In this document: positions 40,313 to 49,049 of the stretch, one piece after another
How the letters are laid out: every line of letters begins with the position of its first letter
How positions within the stretch are numbered: position 1 is the stretch's first letter
Source: a virus
Taxonomy: Duplodnaviria; Heunggongvirae; Uroviricota; Caudoviricetes
Strand: one strand, 5' to 3'
IMG/VR virus record: IMGVR_UViG_3300009709_000001
Span: 317,336-381,335 of that record
DNA: 64,000 nucleotides
The notes under the pieces: generated by a model
The model's input: only the letters and a program-made list of their open reading frames with translations
Databases searched by the model: none
Told to the model about the DNA's origin: nothing
Position numbers and translations under genes: made by a program

Positions 40313-41183
40313 TTTCTTCTTCTTTTTCTTCTTCTTGTTTCTTGAGCTTGTTAATCGCTCTTTGTAATTGCTTCGACTGTGTAGATTTACCAGTTAGCAT
40401 TTCAGCTGTCAAGTCAAGCATCATGACTTCTCTGAGTGTATCGTCCATTTCCCAATCGCTTAAAGCATTCTTTTCGGACATACCCGCAATGAAAAGTGCC
40501 CATTGCTTAACCGTGAGCTTGGATTTAGCAATGTTGTCTACCGTTAGCAACTTGATGATATCGGGATGCTTTCTGATAACTTCACGAATGTCAGTCTTAG
40601 TCGAGCATGTCGATGCATACTTAATGAAGACTTCTTTAAATTTCTCGTCATGCTTAATAAGCTTCAACCAGAAATTAGCATAAGTGGAAAAGCCGGTAAA
40701 ATCAGTAATGTGCTTATCGAATACCCATTTATTGGATTGAATAAGTGTACTAAGGTCACCTGATGTCAGTTTCGATGGTACAGGCTGGCCAGCATCAAGA
40801 ATTCTCTTTGGAATCTGTGCAAATAGGTTACCCTGTGCTCTAACACCCATTCCTTTGTAAAGATCTATATCAAAATATTTCTTTGGATCCTTAGCCATTA
40901 GTCTCGATTTTTGTGCGTCGGATAAGACTTCAAGTTCCTTGGTGGTTAATGTGATTAGCTTACTAGCCGAAACATTCACACCTTCGATTGCATAAACCTT
41001 TTCTCCAATACTAGAAAACTTAATCTTACTAGCCACTTCCGGCACATTGTTAAGGAGCGCAATCTTTTCACTTAGTGATAGATTTGTGAATGAAAATAAT
41101 TCAGGCTGAGACTTAGCCAATTCCACAATGTCCTTTAAGCATCCTGATAAGATACTCTTTGTCGATCCATAATAGTAACTCAT
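40257..41183 (-). CDS. hypothetical protein (308 aa) with acidic C-terminus
   Basis: ORF track; 4-nt overlap upstream. Confidence 0.6.
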   Translation of the reverse strand: MSYYYGSTKSILSGCLKDIVELAKSQPELFSFTNLSLSEKIALLNNVPEVASKIKFSSIGEKVYAIEGVNVSASKLITLTTKELEVLSDAQKSRLMAKDPKKYFDIDLYKGMGVRAQGNLFAQIPKRILDAGQPVPSKLTSGDLSTLIQSNKWVFDKHITDFTGFSTYANFWLKLIKHDEKFKEVFIKYASTCSTKTDIREVIRKHPDIIKLLTVDNIAKSKLTVKQWALFIAGMSEKNALSDWEMDDTLREVMMLDLTAEMLTGKSTQSKQLQRAINKLKKQEEEKEEENDKDGSDNEISPEDVSGE

Positions 41184-41638
41184 AGCAATCCTTTTCTTGT
41201 TCTTCTAGCTATTTCTTTTTTGTATTGTTTCGGAGGAAGCTTCTGCCCATCAATCCAGTATTGTTTTGGTCCACCCGGATCTTCAATGGCAGGTCCATCA
41301 AGTCGATGGAGCTTTCCGTCCTTCATCCAAATCTTTGTGTCTTTGTGTATAATCGCCGGACCACCTTCACGGTGTCTTATGCCGTGAATATACCATTCTT
41401 CAATTTCATATTTGAAACCGATGTAGGCAGGGCCATATACGCGATGATAACGTCCTTCATCATCACGATACGCAATATCTTTAGGGTGTTCGTCTGTGTT
41501 ATGATTCCACCAGTACCACCGGTTAAAATCACTTCTCCAGGCGTCCCCTCCATAGCCGCCGTATAGGCCGCCTCGGGGATCTTCGTATCGTTTTTCTAGT
41601 GTTAGACGTTCAAAAAGTGCATCAAGATTCTCGTCCAT
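41180..41638 (-). CDS. MORN-repeat-variant-like protein (152 aa)
   Basis: Repeats of the type hR.dGPA...W..dGk: YHRVYGPAYI, RHREGGPAIIHKDTKIWMKDGKLHRLDGPAIE, YWIDGQKL; ATG 6 nt after a consensus -10. Confidence 0.5.
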   Translation of the reverse strand: MDENLDALFERLTLEKRYEDPRGGLYGGYGGDAWRSDFNRWYWWNHNTDEHPKDIAYRDDEGRYHRVYGPAYIGFKYEIEEWYIHGIRHREGGPAIIHKDTKIWMKDGKLHRLDGPAIEDPGGPKQYWIDGQKLPPKQYKKEIARRTRKGLL

Positions 41639-41644
41639 GCTTTA

Positions 41645-41673
41645 ATTATAGCATACTTTTCAATATCTGTCAA
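41645..41673 (-). promoter_or_regulatory. perfect consensus sigma70 promoter TTGACA-17-TATAAT, ATG 6 nt after -10
   Basis: Minus strand ccTAATTGACAgatattgaaaagtatgcTATAATtaaagcATGGACGAA. Confidence 0.75.
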
Positions 41674-42040
41674 TTAGGAAACAGTTCTCCAAGAACTGTT
41701 CAATTCCACCGCAGAGTTTTACGGTCATTGCATCCATTTCAGAAAAGAGTATAAGACGACGAGATGTAAAGAAGTAAGGATATTCCATATTAGCCATACC
41801 TGCATGGTGCCTGGCTTTAATTGTTTCTGGAATCTCGAAACTATAGACTGTGAAAATTCGCTTCAGGATAAGAAATCCCGAGTATGTCAACCTTAAGCCA
41901 TCTCTGTGATGAAAAATACGTTGATGGAGTTGTTCATCATTAAGTTCGGCCGCTTCTGCATTCTGTTTGCGGACCTCTTCAAAAATGGCCAACTTGAGTG
42001 GTGTCATAATCGTATTTATATTCTCGTTCTGTTCGGACAT
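41660..42040 (-). CDS. hypothetical protein (126 aa)
   Basis: ORF track. Confidence 0.55.
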   Translation of the reverse strand: MSEQNENINTIMTPLKLAIFEEVRKQNAEAAELNDEQLHQRIFHHRDGLRLTYSGFLILKRIFTVYSFEIPETIKARHHAGMANMEYPYFFTSRRLILFSEMDAMTVKLCGGIEQFLENCFLIDRY

Positions 42041-42059
42041 TTTTTAGATAAATAGTGAT

Positions 42060-42428
42060 ATGAAACTTCGCGAAATTCTACTAGAACACATGGTAACGCA
42101 CTTGCTCGAATTATGCAAACGTGAACTAGAAATTGATCAATTTCCTCAAATACAGCTTATCAACGAGCCAACAACTCGTAGCGGCACATCATTCGGCGAA
42201 TTTGACGGAAATATTGTGGTAGTTATTAAGGGAAGACACCCGATGGATGTTATGAGAACTCTTGCACACGAGTTGGTGCACTGGAAACAAAGAGTTGAAA
42301 ATTTGGAACTAGATGGTTCCGATGGAAGTGATACCGAAAATCAGGCAAATGCGATTGCCGGTATCATAATGCGAAAATTCGGGCAAATGTATCCCGAATA
42401 TTTCTTTGAAACTCTTCCAAAATCTTAA
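42060..42428 (+). CDS. small HExxH-motif protein (122 aa), putative metallopeptidase-like
   Basis: TLAHELVHWKQ; occupies a gap in the minus-strand array. Confidence 0.45.
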   Translation: MKLREILLEHMVTHLLELCKRELEIDQFPQIQLINEPTTRSGTSFGEFDGNIVVVIKGRHPMDVMRTLAHELVHWKQRVENLELDGSDGSDTENQANAIAGIIMRKFGQMYPEYFFETLPKS

Positions 42429-42721
42429 TCGTCACTTTCGGTACACAATGTACCTTCGATTAACTTGTAGACTGCAAAGTCTTCGGTCTTGAACATCTTA
42501 TTCAATCTTTCTGCAAGGTTGAAAGCATGTCCCGAATTTGAAAAACTAACCTTCTTGTATTTTGGTCCCGGATAAGATATCAGGTGGCTGAGTGTTCTTA
42601 GATTGATTGGTTTACCTTGATAGAAAACCGCATAGATAGCTTCGGCCTCTAAAACTTGCTCAGCCTTGTAAGTTTTGGAATTAACATTCTCTAGAATGAT
42701 ATTTGGTTTAGGTCTTGCCAC
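42425..42721 (-). CDS. hypothetical protein (98 aa)
   Basis: ORF track. Confidence 0.5.
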   Translation of the reverse strand: MARPKPNIILENVNSKTYKAEQVLEAEAIYAVFYQGKPINLRTLSHLISYPGPKYKKVSFSNSGHAFNLAERLNKMFKTEDFAVYKLIEGTLCTESDD

Positions 42722-42804
42722 TTCAATGTCTCCTTTATAGTAGTATTTATCTGATCGGAATGAAAAACACTCCGGTTGAAATAAATACTAAACTGGGAGA
42801 AACT

Positions 42805-43041
42805 ATGAAGTTATACGAATTGGCTGAAGGTTATTGGAAAAATATCGACATTGCTCGACAGGAAAGACCTGCTCCGCCATCTGTGTTAAACAAGCCTAAA
42901 AGATTTCATGTTCTTATCAATGGTAAGGTTTGGAAGAAAAATGGAGAACCTGTAGAATTTACTTCACAGGGATCAGCTCAACGTGCAGCCGATACTATTC
43001 GTACACGTCGTAACATTACCACTCAGGTTGTTCCGGCTTAA
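42805..43041 (+). CDS. hypothetical basic protein (78 aa)
   Basis: ORF 42715..43041 trimmed to MKLYELAEGYW (GGAGA 5 nt upstream of ATG 42805). Confidence 0.5.
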   Translation: MKLYELAEGYWKNIDIARQERPAPPSVLNKPKRFHVLINGKVWKKNGEPVEFTSQGSAQRAADTIRTRRNITTQVVPA

Positions 43042-43429
43042 GTGGTCCACCTAGCACCAGCTCCCCACGCATTTTCATAATCGAAATTTGCATCAAGAAC
43101 TCTTCTGCAATAGAAGATCCACATTTACCAAGAAACTTATCGTTTTCTATAACTCTGAAATTTTTCGACTTATCGGCTAACTCTTGAGTTAGTTCTTCGA
43201 AGTCGTCTACCTTTTCGATTGTAATAGATTTACCAATCTTACCGTAGAACTTGTAATAGATCTTGTCTGGCTTACGGAACTTACGATTTACTTCGTCCCA
43301 GTAATCATAAACCATCTTGTCCTGATCTTTAGGCACGAAGTATCCCCAAAAGGAACCCTTGTTCGCATCCTTGCGAATGCCAACCCATTTAAGATCAATA
43401 TAACCGTTAATCGATAAAGGATCCGCCAT
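43016..43429 (-). CDS. WGR-like protein (137 aa), tentative
   Basis: NKGSFWGYFV ... FYGKIGKSITIEK parallels NSDKIWGYF ... FWGRRGKAMQFK of 23746..24087. Confidence 0.4.
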   Translation of the reverse strand: MADPLSINGYIDLKWVGIRKDANKGSFWGYFVPKDQDKMVYDYWDEVNRKFRKPDKIYYKFYGKIGKSITIEKVDDFEELTQELADKSKNFRVIENDKFLGKCGSSIAEEFLMQISIMKMRGELVLGGPLKPEQPEW

Positions 43430-43607
43430 CTAATATCTTCGGTGTTGTCGATACTTCTTTGACTACAACTTGGGCTGGCTTTTTAGCCTGTTCAACAAGT
43501 GCATCAATTTCGGTTAACAAATTCCTAGCCTCCGTAACTGTCATTCTGTATTCGGGAACACCTTTAGATATATTCTTTAGGCGAGTTCTTAGTTTTTCAA
43601 TTTCCAT
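43407..43607 (-). CDS. hypothetical protein (66 aa)
   Basis: ORF track. Confidence 0.5.
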   Translation of the reverse strand: MEIEKLRTRLKNISKGVPEYRMTVTEARNLLTEIDALVEQAKKPAQVVVKEVSTTPKILDGGSFID

Positions 43608-43947
43608 ATTGTCGTCCCTGTAATACCGAGAATGTCATATCGATGACTGTATCCTCGAGTAGATTCCAGACTTCGCCTAACGGATGTGAAATTCCTTCGT
43701 GCGAAATATCTTCATAGATCTGTTTCAGATTGAAGATTTCGGCTCTAATATTTTTCAGACCAAAATTCTGCAGAGATCCGAGTGATTTGCAATACGATAC
43801 CGTACCGTTAACAAGTCCAACCATGTAAGATTGAAATAGCTGATCTTTTATGATATTACCGCATGATCCGGTTGGTCTAAAGATGAGGACGTGCAACTCC
43901 TCATCTCCATCCATTCTACGACCAATGAAATCAATTTTATAATGCAT
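43597..43947 (-). CDS. hypothetical protein (116 aa)
   Basis: ORF track. Confidence 0.55.
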   Translation of the reverse strand: MHYKIDFIGRRMDGDEELHVLIFRPTGSCGNIIKDQLFQSYMVGLVNGTVSYCKSLGSLQNFGLKNIRAEIFNLKQIYEDISHEGISHPLGEVWNLLEDTVIDMTFSVLQGRQYGN

Positions 43948-44233
43948 CTTTCAACACTTTCATCGAAAGTTGTATTTCGATATCGCGTATTACCTCTGGA
44001 AAGCTCGACTTAATTCTTTCCATCGAAATATCTTTCCAGCCCTGCGTTAATTTTGTAGATCTTGTCGATCTCGGTATTTCAAAGGACCAATGAATTCTAT
44101 TCATATGCATGTGGGCCGATTTGCATTCACCGTAGACACGATAAGCATCTTGTCCGACTGTAATCGTTCCATAGAGATGATGCTTCCCGCGTTGATCGCG
44201 TTTATGCACCATCCATACTAACGACCAGCTCAT
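43937..44233 (-). CDS. WGR-like protein (98 aa), tentative
   Basis: KLTQGWKDISMERIKSSFPEV parallels KLRKGYVKISPEKLLEIWPSF of 23746..24087. Confidence 0.4.
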   Translation of the reverse strand: MSWSLVWMVHKRDQRGKHHLYGTITVGQDAYRVYGECKSAHMHMNRIHWSFEIPRSTRSTKLTQGWKDISMERIKSSFPEVIRDIEIQLSMKVLKDAL

Positions 44234-44727
44234 TTCTTGCTGTTATTTTCTTTACGAAGTTTGTTCAACGCCAAACGCATTTCTGCTTCGGTCTTAAACG
44301 GACCGGCATATTCGTATGTTTGTAGAGTTGAGTATTTCGGGCAATGTGCAGGCATCCAATTCTTAGGGAAATGGAGACAGTAATAACCGGCACTGTAATA
44401 AACATCACTTGTCGGCTTCTTGCTGAACAATGGCAATTTATTTCCTTTGATGATTACTTCATGTGGGCTATCGAAATCTACAGGATAACCATTGATGAAA
44501 TAATCCTTCTTTACTTCTTCTTCGGGTTCGACAGCAACAACATTGTCGAATACATTTTCCTTGAAGTAACCATTTACGTCTTTCTGGGAGAGGAACAATT
44601 TCTTTTCACCCTTTACCATCAGGACATACTGATCTCTAATTTCCGACAGAAGACCAATTCGCATCTCTTCTGTGTCGCCCAATACTAACCAGCTCTTTTC
44701 TGTTATTGGTTTTAGTTTTACCGTCAT
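44230..44727 (-). CDS. hypothetical protein (165 aa)
   Basis: ORF track; 4-nt overlaps on both sides. Confidence 0.55.
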   Translation of the reverse strand: MTVKLKPITEKSWLVLGDTEEMRIGLLSEIRDQYVLMVKGEKKLFLSQKDVNGYFKENVFDNVVAVEPEEEVKKDYFINGYPVDFDSPHEVIIKGNKLPLFSKKPTSDVYYSAGYYCLHFPKNWMPAHCPKYSTLQTYEYAGPFKTEAEMRLALNKLRKENNSKK

Positions 44728-44924
44728 TTGATCTCGATTATAGATTCTTTCTTAATACATACCATATCTTGACTATGTGTCAAGATGGCGTAACCCTGCA
44801 GGTCGGTACACTGTCTTCTAAATTTTGAATAAGGACTATCCCTTAGGTCACCGCGTTCAGCACGAGCAAAGCTCAAGCCAGCCAGAATAAGAACTAACAA
44901 TAGAACACCGACTGCAGATTTCAT
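44724..44924 (-). CDS. small secreted/membrane protein (66 aa)
   Basis: MKSAVGVLLLVLILAGLSFA. Confidence 0.55.
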   Translation of the reverse strand: MKSAVGVLLLVLILAGLSFARAERGDLRDSPYSKFRRQCTDLQGYAILTHSQDMVCIKKESIIEIK

Positions 44925-45976
44925 TATACATACCTAGATTTTAGCATTGGCATGAACTTCTCAGAGTGATTGCCAATTCTTTGCAGATCCCATTTACCAC
45001 AGAAGCGCATAAATCCCATACCAATCTCGATTGCCGGCACTGGTGGACGATTTACTGTTTCATTGATGATAGCTAAGCTCGATGCTTTAATATCTGCAGG
45101 GATTTCAGAAAGATCAATGAGCTTCTTATTCAGCTCGTATCTTTCTTTAACACGCTGCTCGACATCATTATGATCGACCCATTTCTGCAACATGAAATTG
45201 TTCCATGCGTATCCCTTACCATTCATGTCACCGTAGGCTTCGCGAATACCGACAGTAGTCTTGGTACCCTTTTCACGAACACCGGGATATGCACTGAAAA
45301 TGTTATCGGTATTATCACCACGAATGCACTTTAGGAACAATGCATATTCATACCATTTGTCTTCGCATACAAATGTCGGATCTTTCTTACCTACTTTAAT
45401 CTTCGCCTGGCTGGTAACAGTAAACGATAACTTATTGCCGTCATCGTCATATACACCATCTTGTTTGATCAGGATATCCTTAACCGGATCGTATAATGTT
45501 ACATTCGGGAAACGCAACAACTGGAAGAAGTCTGAATCTGAACTAACCAGAATGTGCTTATCATCTGGATGCGCTTCAATAAAGATTGCAATCATATCAT
45601 CAGCTTCGGCAACTGGATTGCGCAGAACTGTGATATTGGTCTTTGTTGATAAGAATTCAACGAAATCGTCAAATGCTTCCACCGCGATCATGTGATCTTC
45701 TTGTTCTTTCGGTGTCTGCTTGGCAAAGGTGACTGCTCTATTCAGTTTATATTCTGGATAGATATTCCTGCGCCAAGAACGACCTTCCATGTAAAACACG
45801 GTATGCGTACCACCCCACTTGTTATACTCCTTTTTCATGGAGTTAAAGATCATGTGGAGTGCCATACCGATAGCACTATCCAAACCCAACGAAGGGTTGG
45901 TCATATTAATCTGTCTATGAAACAGATTACTGCCGTCGGTATGAATAAAAACGTGTGGCTTTTTCTCTTCAGTCAT
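44924..45976 (-). CDS. 5'-3' exonuclease / RNase H (FEN-type, T4 RNase H-like, 350 aa)
   Basis: HTDGSNLFHR, YPEYKLNR, AEADDMIA, SSDSDFFQL. Confidence 0.8.
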   Translation of the reverse strand: MTEEKKPHVFIHTDGSNLFHRQINMTNPSLGLDSAIGMALHMIFNSMKKEYNKWGGTHTVFYMEGRSWRRNIYPEYKLNRAVTFAKQTPKEQEDHMIAVEAFDDFVEFLSTKTNITVLRNPVAEADDMIAIFIEAHPDDKHILVSSDSDFFQLLRFPNVTLYDPVKDILIKQDGVYDDDGNKLSFTVTSQAKIKVGKKDPTFVCEDKWYEYALFLKCIRGDNTDNIFSAYPGVREKGTKTTVGIREAYGDMNGKGYAWNNFMLQKWVDHNDVEQRVKERYELNKKLIDLSEIPADIKASSLAIINETVNRPPVPAIEIGMGFMRFCGKWDLQRIGNHSEKFMPMLKSRYV

Positions 45977-46247
45977 TAGCGAAATGTTCCCTCATTGCCT
46001 TGTACTGTTCCGGATGTGAACGCCAGTACATGGTATAGGCCTTATGTCCGGCATTGTAGTATCTATCGAAAATACGGCCACGAACTCTTTCGCTGCGAAC
46101 TTTGTGACCAATATTACCAGGACACTGATGTGTTCTATGCTCGAGAAGCTTGTCCCGAACTGTTCGATTGCATCCAATTCTGTTCTTAAAAGGAACGTGA
46201 CTTGTAGTGCCGATTTTGGCTGCTGTATGTGCGTTTACCGAAATCAT
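45969..46247 (-). CDS. hypothetical basic protein (92 aa)
   Basis: ORF track. Confidence 0.5.
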   Translation of the reverse strand: MISVNAHTAAKIGTTSHVPFKNRIGCNRTVRDKLLEHRTHQCPGNIGHKVRSERVRGRIFDRYYNAGHKAYTMYWRSHPEQYKAMREHFAND

Positions 46248-46882
46248 TTGTAACCCTTTCTTCCGTCCTTAAAGACTTCTGTTTCAAAACTCCAGCGTTT
46301 CATGGCTTCAAGGTTTGCTTCCGAATCAGCAGTGAAATCACCAGTACCATCAAATTCTTCGAGTGCTACGTTTCTGCATACTTCCATAAACCATTGGTTT
46401 ACCAGATGATCAGCAGATGGGCCTACATATCCTTCAGACTTTAGCTTTTCAACAAAAGCATCGTTCCAGTCTAATTCAAAACTACCTTCGAGTGATGTAG
46501 ACTTACCGAAGTCCATATGTACCACCGTAACCCACGGCTCTCCCTTAAGTGTAGCACATTTTTTAGAATATTCTGTATCCCCAATTGAGCCTTCACGAAA
46601 GTCAAGTTCCGCCTTTGCTAAGGCACGAAGTTTATCGTCCTTAATCAAATCTAACAATCCATGTTCGTATTCTGACCTTGTGATCTTGGCATACTTCAGC
46701 CTGAGGTCTAACATTCTCTGATTGAAGTCTTCCGATGACATTTCATCTTGGCGAATTTGGAGTAATTTTTCTTCTCTCTCAAATCCAGTAAGCTCGTATT
46801 CAGCTTTAGCAGTCTCTCTTGTCTTTCCGGCTAGGCCCCAACTATAGGGCCACCAGGAAAAAGGAATTAATCGTTTAGACAT
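46244..46882 (-). CDS. hypothetical protein (212 aa)
   Basis: ORF track. Confidence 0.6.
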   Translation of the reverse strand: MSKRLIPFSWWPYSWGLAGKTRETAKAEYELTGFEREEKLLQIRQDEMSSEDFNQRMLDLRLKYAKITRSEYEHGLLDLIKDDKLRALAKAELDFREGSIGDTEYSKKCATLKGEPWVTVVHMDFGKSTSLEGSFELDWNDAFVEKLKSEGYVGPSADHLVNQWFMEVCRNVALEEFDGTGDFTADSEANLEAMKRWSFETEVFKDGRKGYK

Positions 46883-46923
46883 TATTTCAGCTCCCAGAAA
46901 CTTATGCGTTGATAAATATATTT

Positions 46924-47592
46924 ATGATCAATATTCATTTTTATAAAACATTTTTAGGTAACAAATACTCGAAATGGTATTTGTCTATTATTGTTGCTGC
47001 ACAATCGAAAAATCGTAAAAAATCCGAAGATTGCTATTACGAGCGTCATCATATTATACCCAAATCTATAAATCCTGAGATTTCGAACTTAAAATTAAAT
47101 CCCTGGAATGGAGTATTACTAACCGCGAAAGAGCATTTCATTTGTCATCTTCTTCTTACAAAAATGGCTATAGGAAAAGATAAGAATAAGATGATTTATG
47201 CATTATGGAATCTACGTAATCAGAAAACTAAATCTCAGGACCAGAGATTTACCTCAAATCTATACAACGTATACAAGAAACAGATGCAAGAAGCATTATC
47301 TGTAGATCGAAAAGGTAAATCTCTGGAAGAACGATACGGGATTACTCGTGCATCGGAGATTAAAGCATCCTACCGCACAAGAATCCCTCGTGGGAAAGTT
47401 TCCAATGAAGAAAAGGGTAAACTTTCTGAAAATATGAAAACTCTTCATCAAACCCGGCCTTGGAAAAGATTTATGCAAACCAACGGTGTTCTTCCAAAAA
47501 ATACCTGCCCGCATTGTAATAAAACAATGGATGTCGGTAATTATGGAAGATATCACGGGGACAAATGTAAATTACGCGAGATTAGCAAATAG
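46924..47592 (+). CDS. HNH homing endonuclease (222 aa)
   Basis: RHHIIPKSINPEISNLKLNPWNGVLLTAKEHFICHLLL; C-terminal CPHC...YHGDKC zinc finger; first ATG is 46924 (track start 46909 is TTG); 3' end overlaps the QueE 3' end by 21 nt. Confidence 0.8.
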   Translation: MINIHFYKTFLGNKYSKWYLSIIVAAQSKNRKKSEDCYYERHHIIPKSINPEISNLKLNPWNGVLLTAKEHFICHLLLTKMAIGKDKNKMIYALWNLRNQKTKSQDQRFTSNLYNVYKKQMQEALSVDRKGKSLEERYGITRASEIKASYRTRIPRGKVSNEEKGKLSENMKTLHQTRPWKRFMQTNGVLPKNTCPHCNKTMDVGNYGRYHGDKCKLREISK

Positions 47593-48453
47593 ATGCATTT
47601 GCATTTGCATTCTGTAACCGTGCTCCATACAATATCTACCCACGTATTCGTGATTTTCTTGTATCTTCTGCATATTTAATAATCCCGGTTCGAAGAAATT
47701 AATAACTTCATCAACAGTTGAGCGCTCATCCATTGTGATATTGCCTTTTTCGTTGTGTAGAATTTTAATCTTCTGTGGAAGGCTGTTATACACATTCATC
47801 GGGCTAAGATATACTTCCTTAGTAGGATTATTTCTTTTCCACTCATGTGCCCATTCCGGAATTTGATTGTATGGGCTATCTGTTTCGGCACTAACGACAA
47901 ACTTCAAGCAATCTGCTCTTTCCAAAATTTGTTTGGTAGGAGAAAGATACTTAGTAGCCACACCATTCTTTTCAGCACATTTCGGGCTGCAAACGAGTGT
48001 AACACCTTCAGGAATAGGAAGATTTACAGTACCATTGCTTTCGATTTGTACTGCTCTGAAGTTAGGAACTTGTCTTTCTAGGAATGCTGTAAGGTTTGAT
48101 TGTAGTGTGGGTTCACCACCTGTAATAACCATAACAATGTTCGGGAAACTATATGCCTTCTTATCTGGATGTGCCCAAATAGGTGCTACACCACCTTTGT
48201 CTTCCCAATATTTATAGATCGTGTCACCTACCTTCTTTTCCAGTTCTTCATAAGTCATCCAATCTCCATCATCGAAGAATGTATCACAGAAAGAACAAGC
48301 TAGGTTACATTTTGTCAATCTAATGAATAGTGCAGGAGAACCGGCGTATGGACCCTCGCCTTGAAGTGTAAAGAACATACTTGTAACAAATAAACTATTC
48401 TCTGGTGCATCTTTGAAAAATTTCTGGCCAATAATTTGGTTAGTTCCGAACAT
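47572..48453 (-). CDS. queE: 7-carboxy-7-deazaguanine synthase QueE-like radical SAM enzyme (293 aa)
   Basis: TLQGEGPYAG followed by CNLACSFCDT (CxxxCxxC). Confidence 0.8.
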   Translation of the reverse strand: MFGTNQIIGQKFFKDAPENSLFVTSMFFTLQGEGPYAGSPALFIRLTKCNLACSFCDTFFDDGDWMTYEELEKKVGDTIYKYWEDKGGVAPIWAHPDKKAYSFPNIVMVITGGEPTLQSNLTAFLERQVPNFRAVQIESNGTVNLPIPEGVTLVCSPKCAEKNGVATKYLSPTKQILERADCLKFVVSAETDSPYNQIPEWAHEWKRNNPTKEVYLSPMNVYNSLPQKIKILHNEKGNITMDERSTVDEVINFFEPGLLNMQKIQENHEYVGRYCMEHGYRMQMQMHLFANLA

Positions 48454-48985
48454 CTATTAATTCCTTCATTTCGTTTAGTGATAGAAATAACTTTTCACAG
48501 CTAAAACCATCTTTCTTATATTTGCTATTTTCTAAACACCAGCTTCTTATTGTTGTGTGATAAACACCGTAGAATTTGGCAGCGTGTTCTAGGGATGGAA
48601 ATTTTCCGTCTAGTGTGGTTACCAACATTTTCCATCCTTTTGCATCATCTCTGTCAATTTTGCCGAGAGAACACTCAACTTCTGGAACAACATATTCTCT
48701 AGAAAGGTAATTTATTGCACTTTGTAGAAGAGAAATATCATCCTTGAATAACCCGAGTGCGGTGTTGCAGTCAGTGCATAGTAGACCTCTGATTTTTCCA
48801 GATACATGATTATGATCAACTGCTAGATCTCTTCCGCAATAGTCGACTTGCTGGCAGATGCAACAGACACCATTTTGATCGGATTTTATTGCTTCATATT
48901 GATCGTAGTTTATTCCAAACTTCAAAAGAAGCCCATTTTTCTTTCTTCTTTTTTTAGATCTTTCCGGTGTATTAATTATTCCCAT
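48440..48985 (-). CDS. Endonuclease VII-type (HNH-like) homing endonuclease candidate (181 aa)
   Basis: CCICQ...LAVDHNHVSGKIRGLLCTDCNTALG; C-terminal HTH-like tail; AT-rich. Confidence 0.75.
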   Translation of the reverse strand: MGIINTPERSKKRRKKNGLLLKFGINYDQYEAIKSDQNGVCCICQQVDYCGRDLAVDHNHVSGKIRGLLCTDCNTALGLFKDDISLLQSAINYLSREYVVPEVECSLGKIDRDDAKGWKMLVTTLDGKFPSLEHAAKFYGVYHTTIRSWCLENSKYKKDGFSCEKLFLSLNEMKELIDVRN

Positions 48986-48991
48986 AAAAAT

Positions 48992-49018
48992 CTCCTTGTT
49001 TCTTATTTATACAAGGAG
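48992..49018 (-). promoter_or_regulatory. hairpin sequestering the Shine-Dalgarno of the EndoVII-type gene
   Basis: mRNA CTCCTTG-tataaataagaaa-CAAGGAG-attttt-ATG; the 3' arm contains the AAGGAG RBS. Confidence 0.55.
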
Positions 49019-49023
49019 CTGGT

Positions 49024-49049
49024 AAACACTATAGAAATCTATAGTGTTT
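49024..49049 (-). terminator. 11-bp hairpin overlapping the stop of 49048..49629
   Basis: aaacactatag-aaat-ctatagtgttt; T tract lies within the stem end. Confidence 0.5.
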
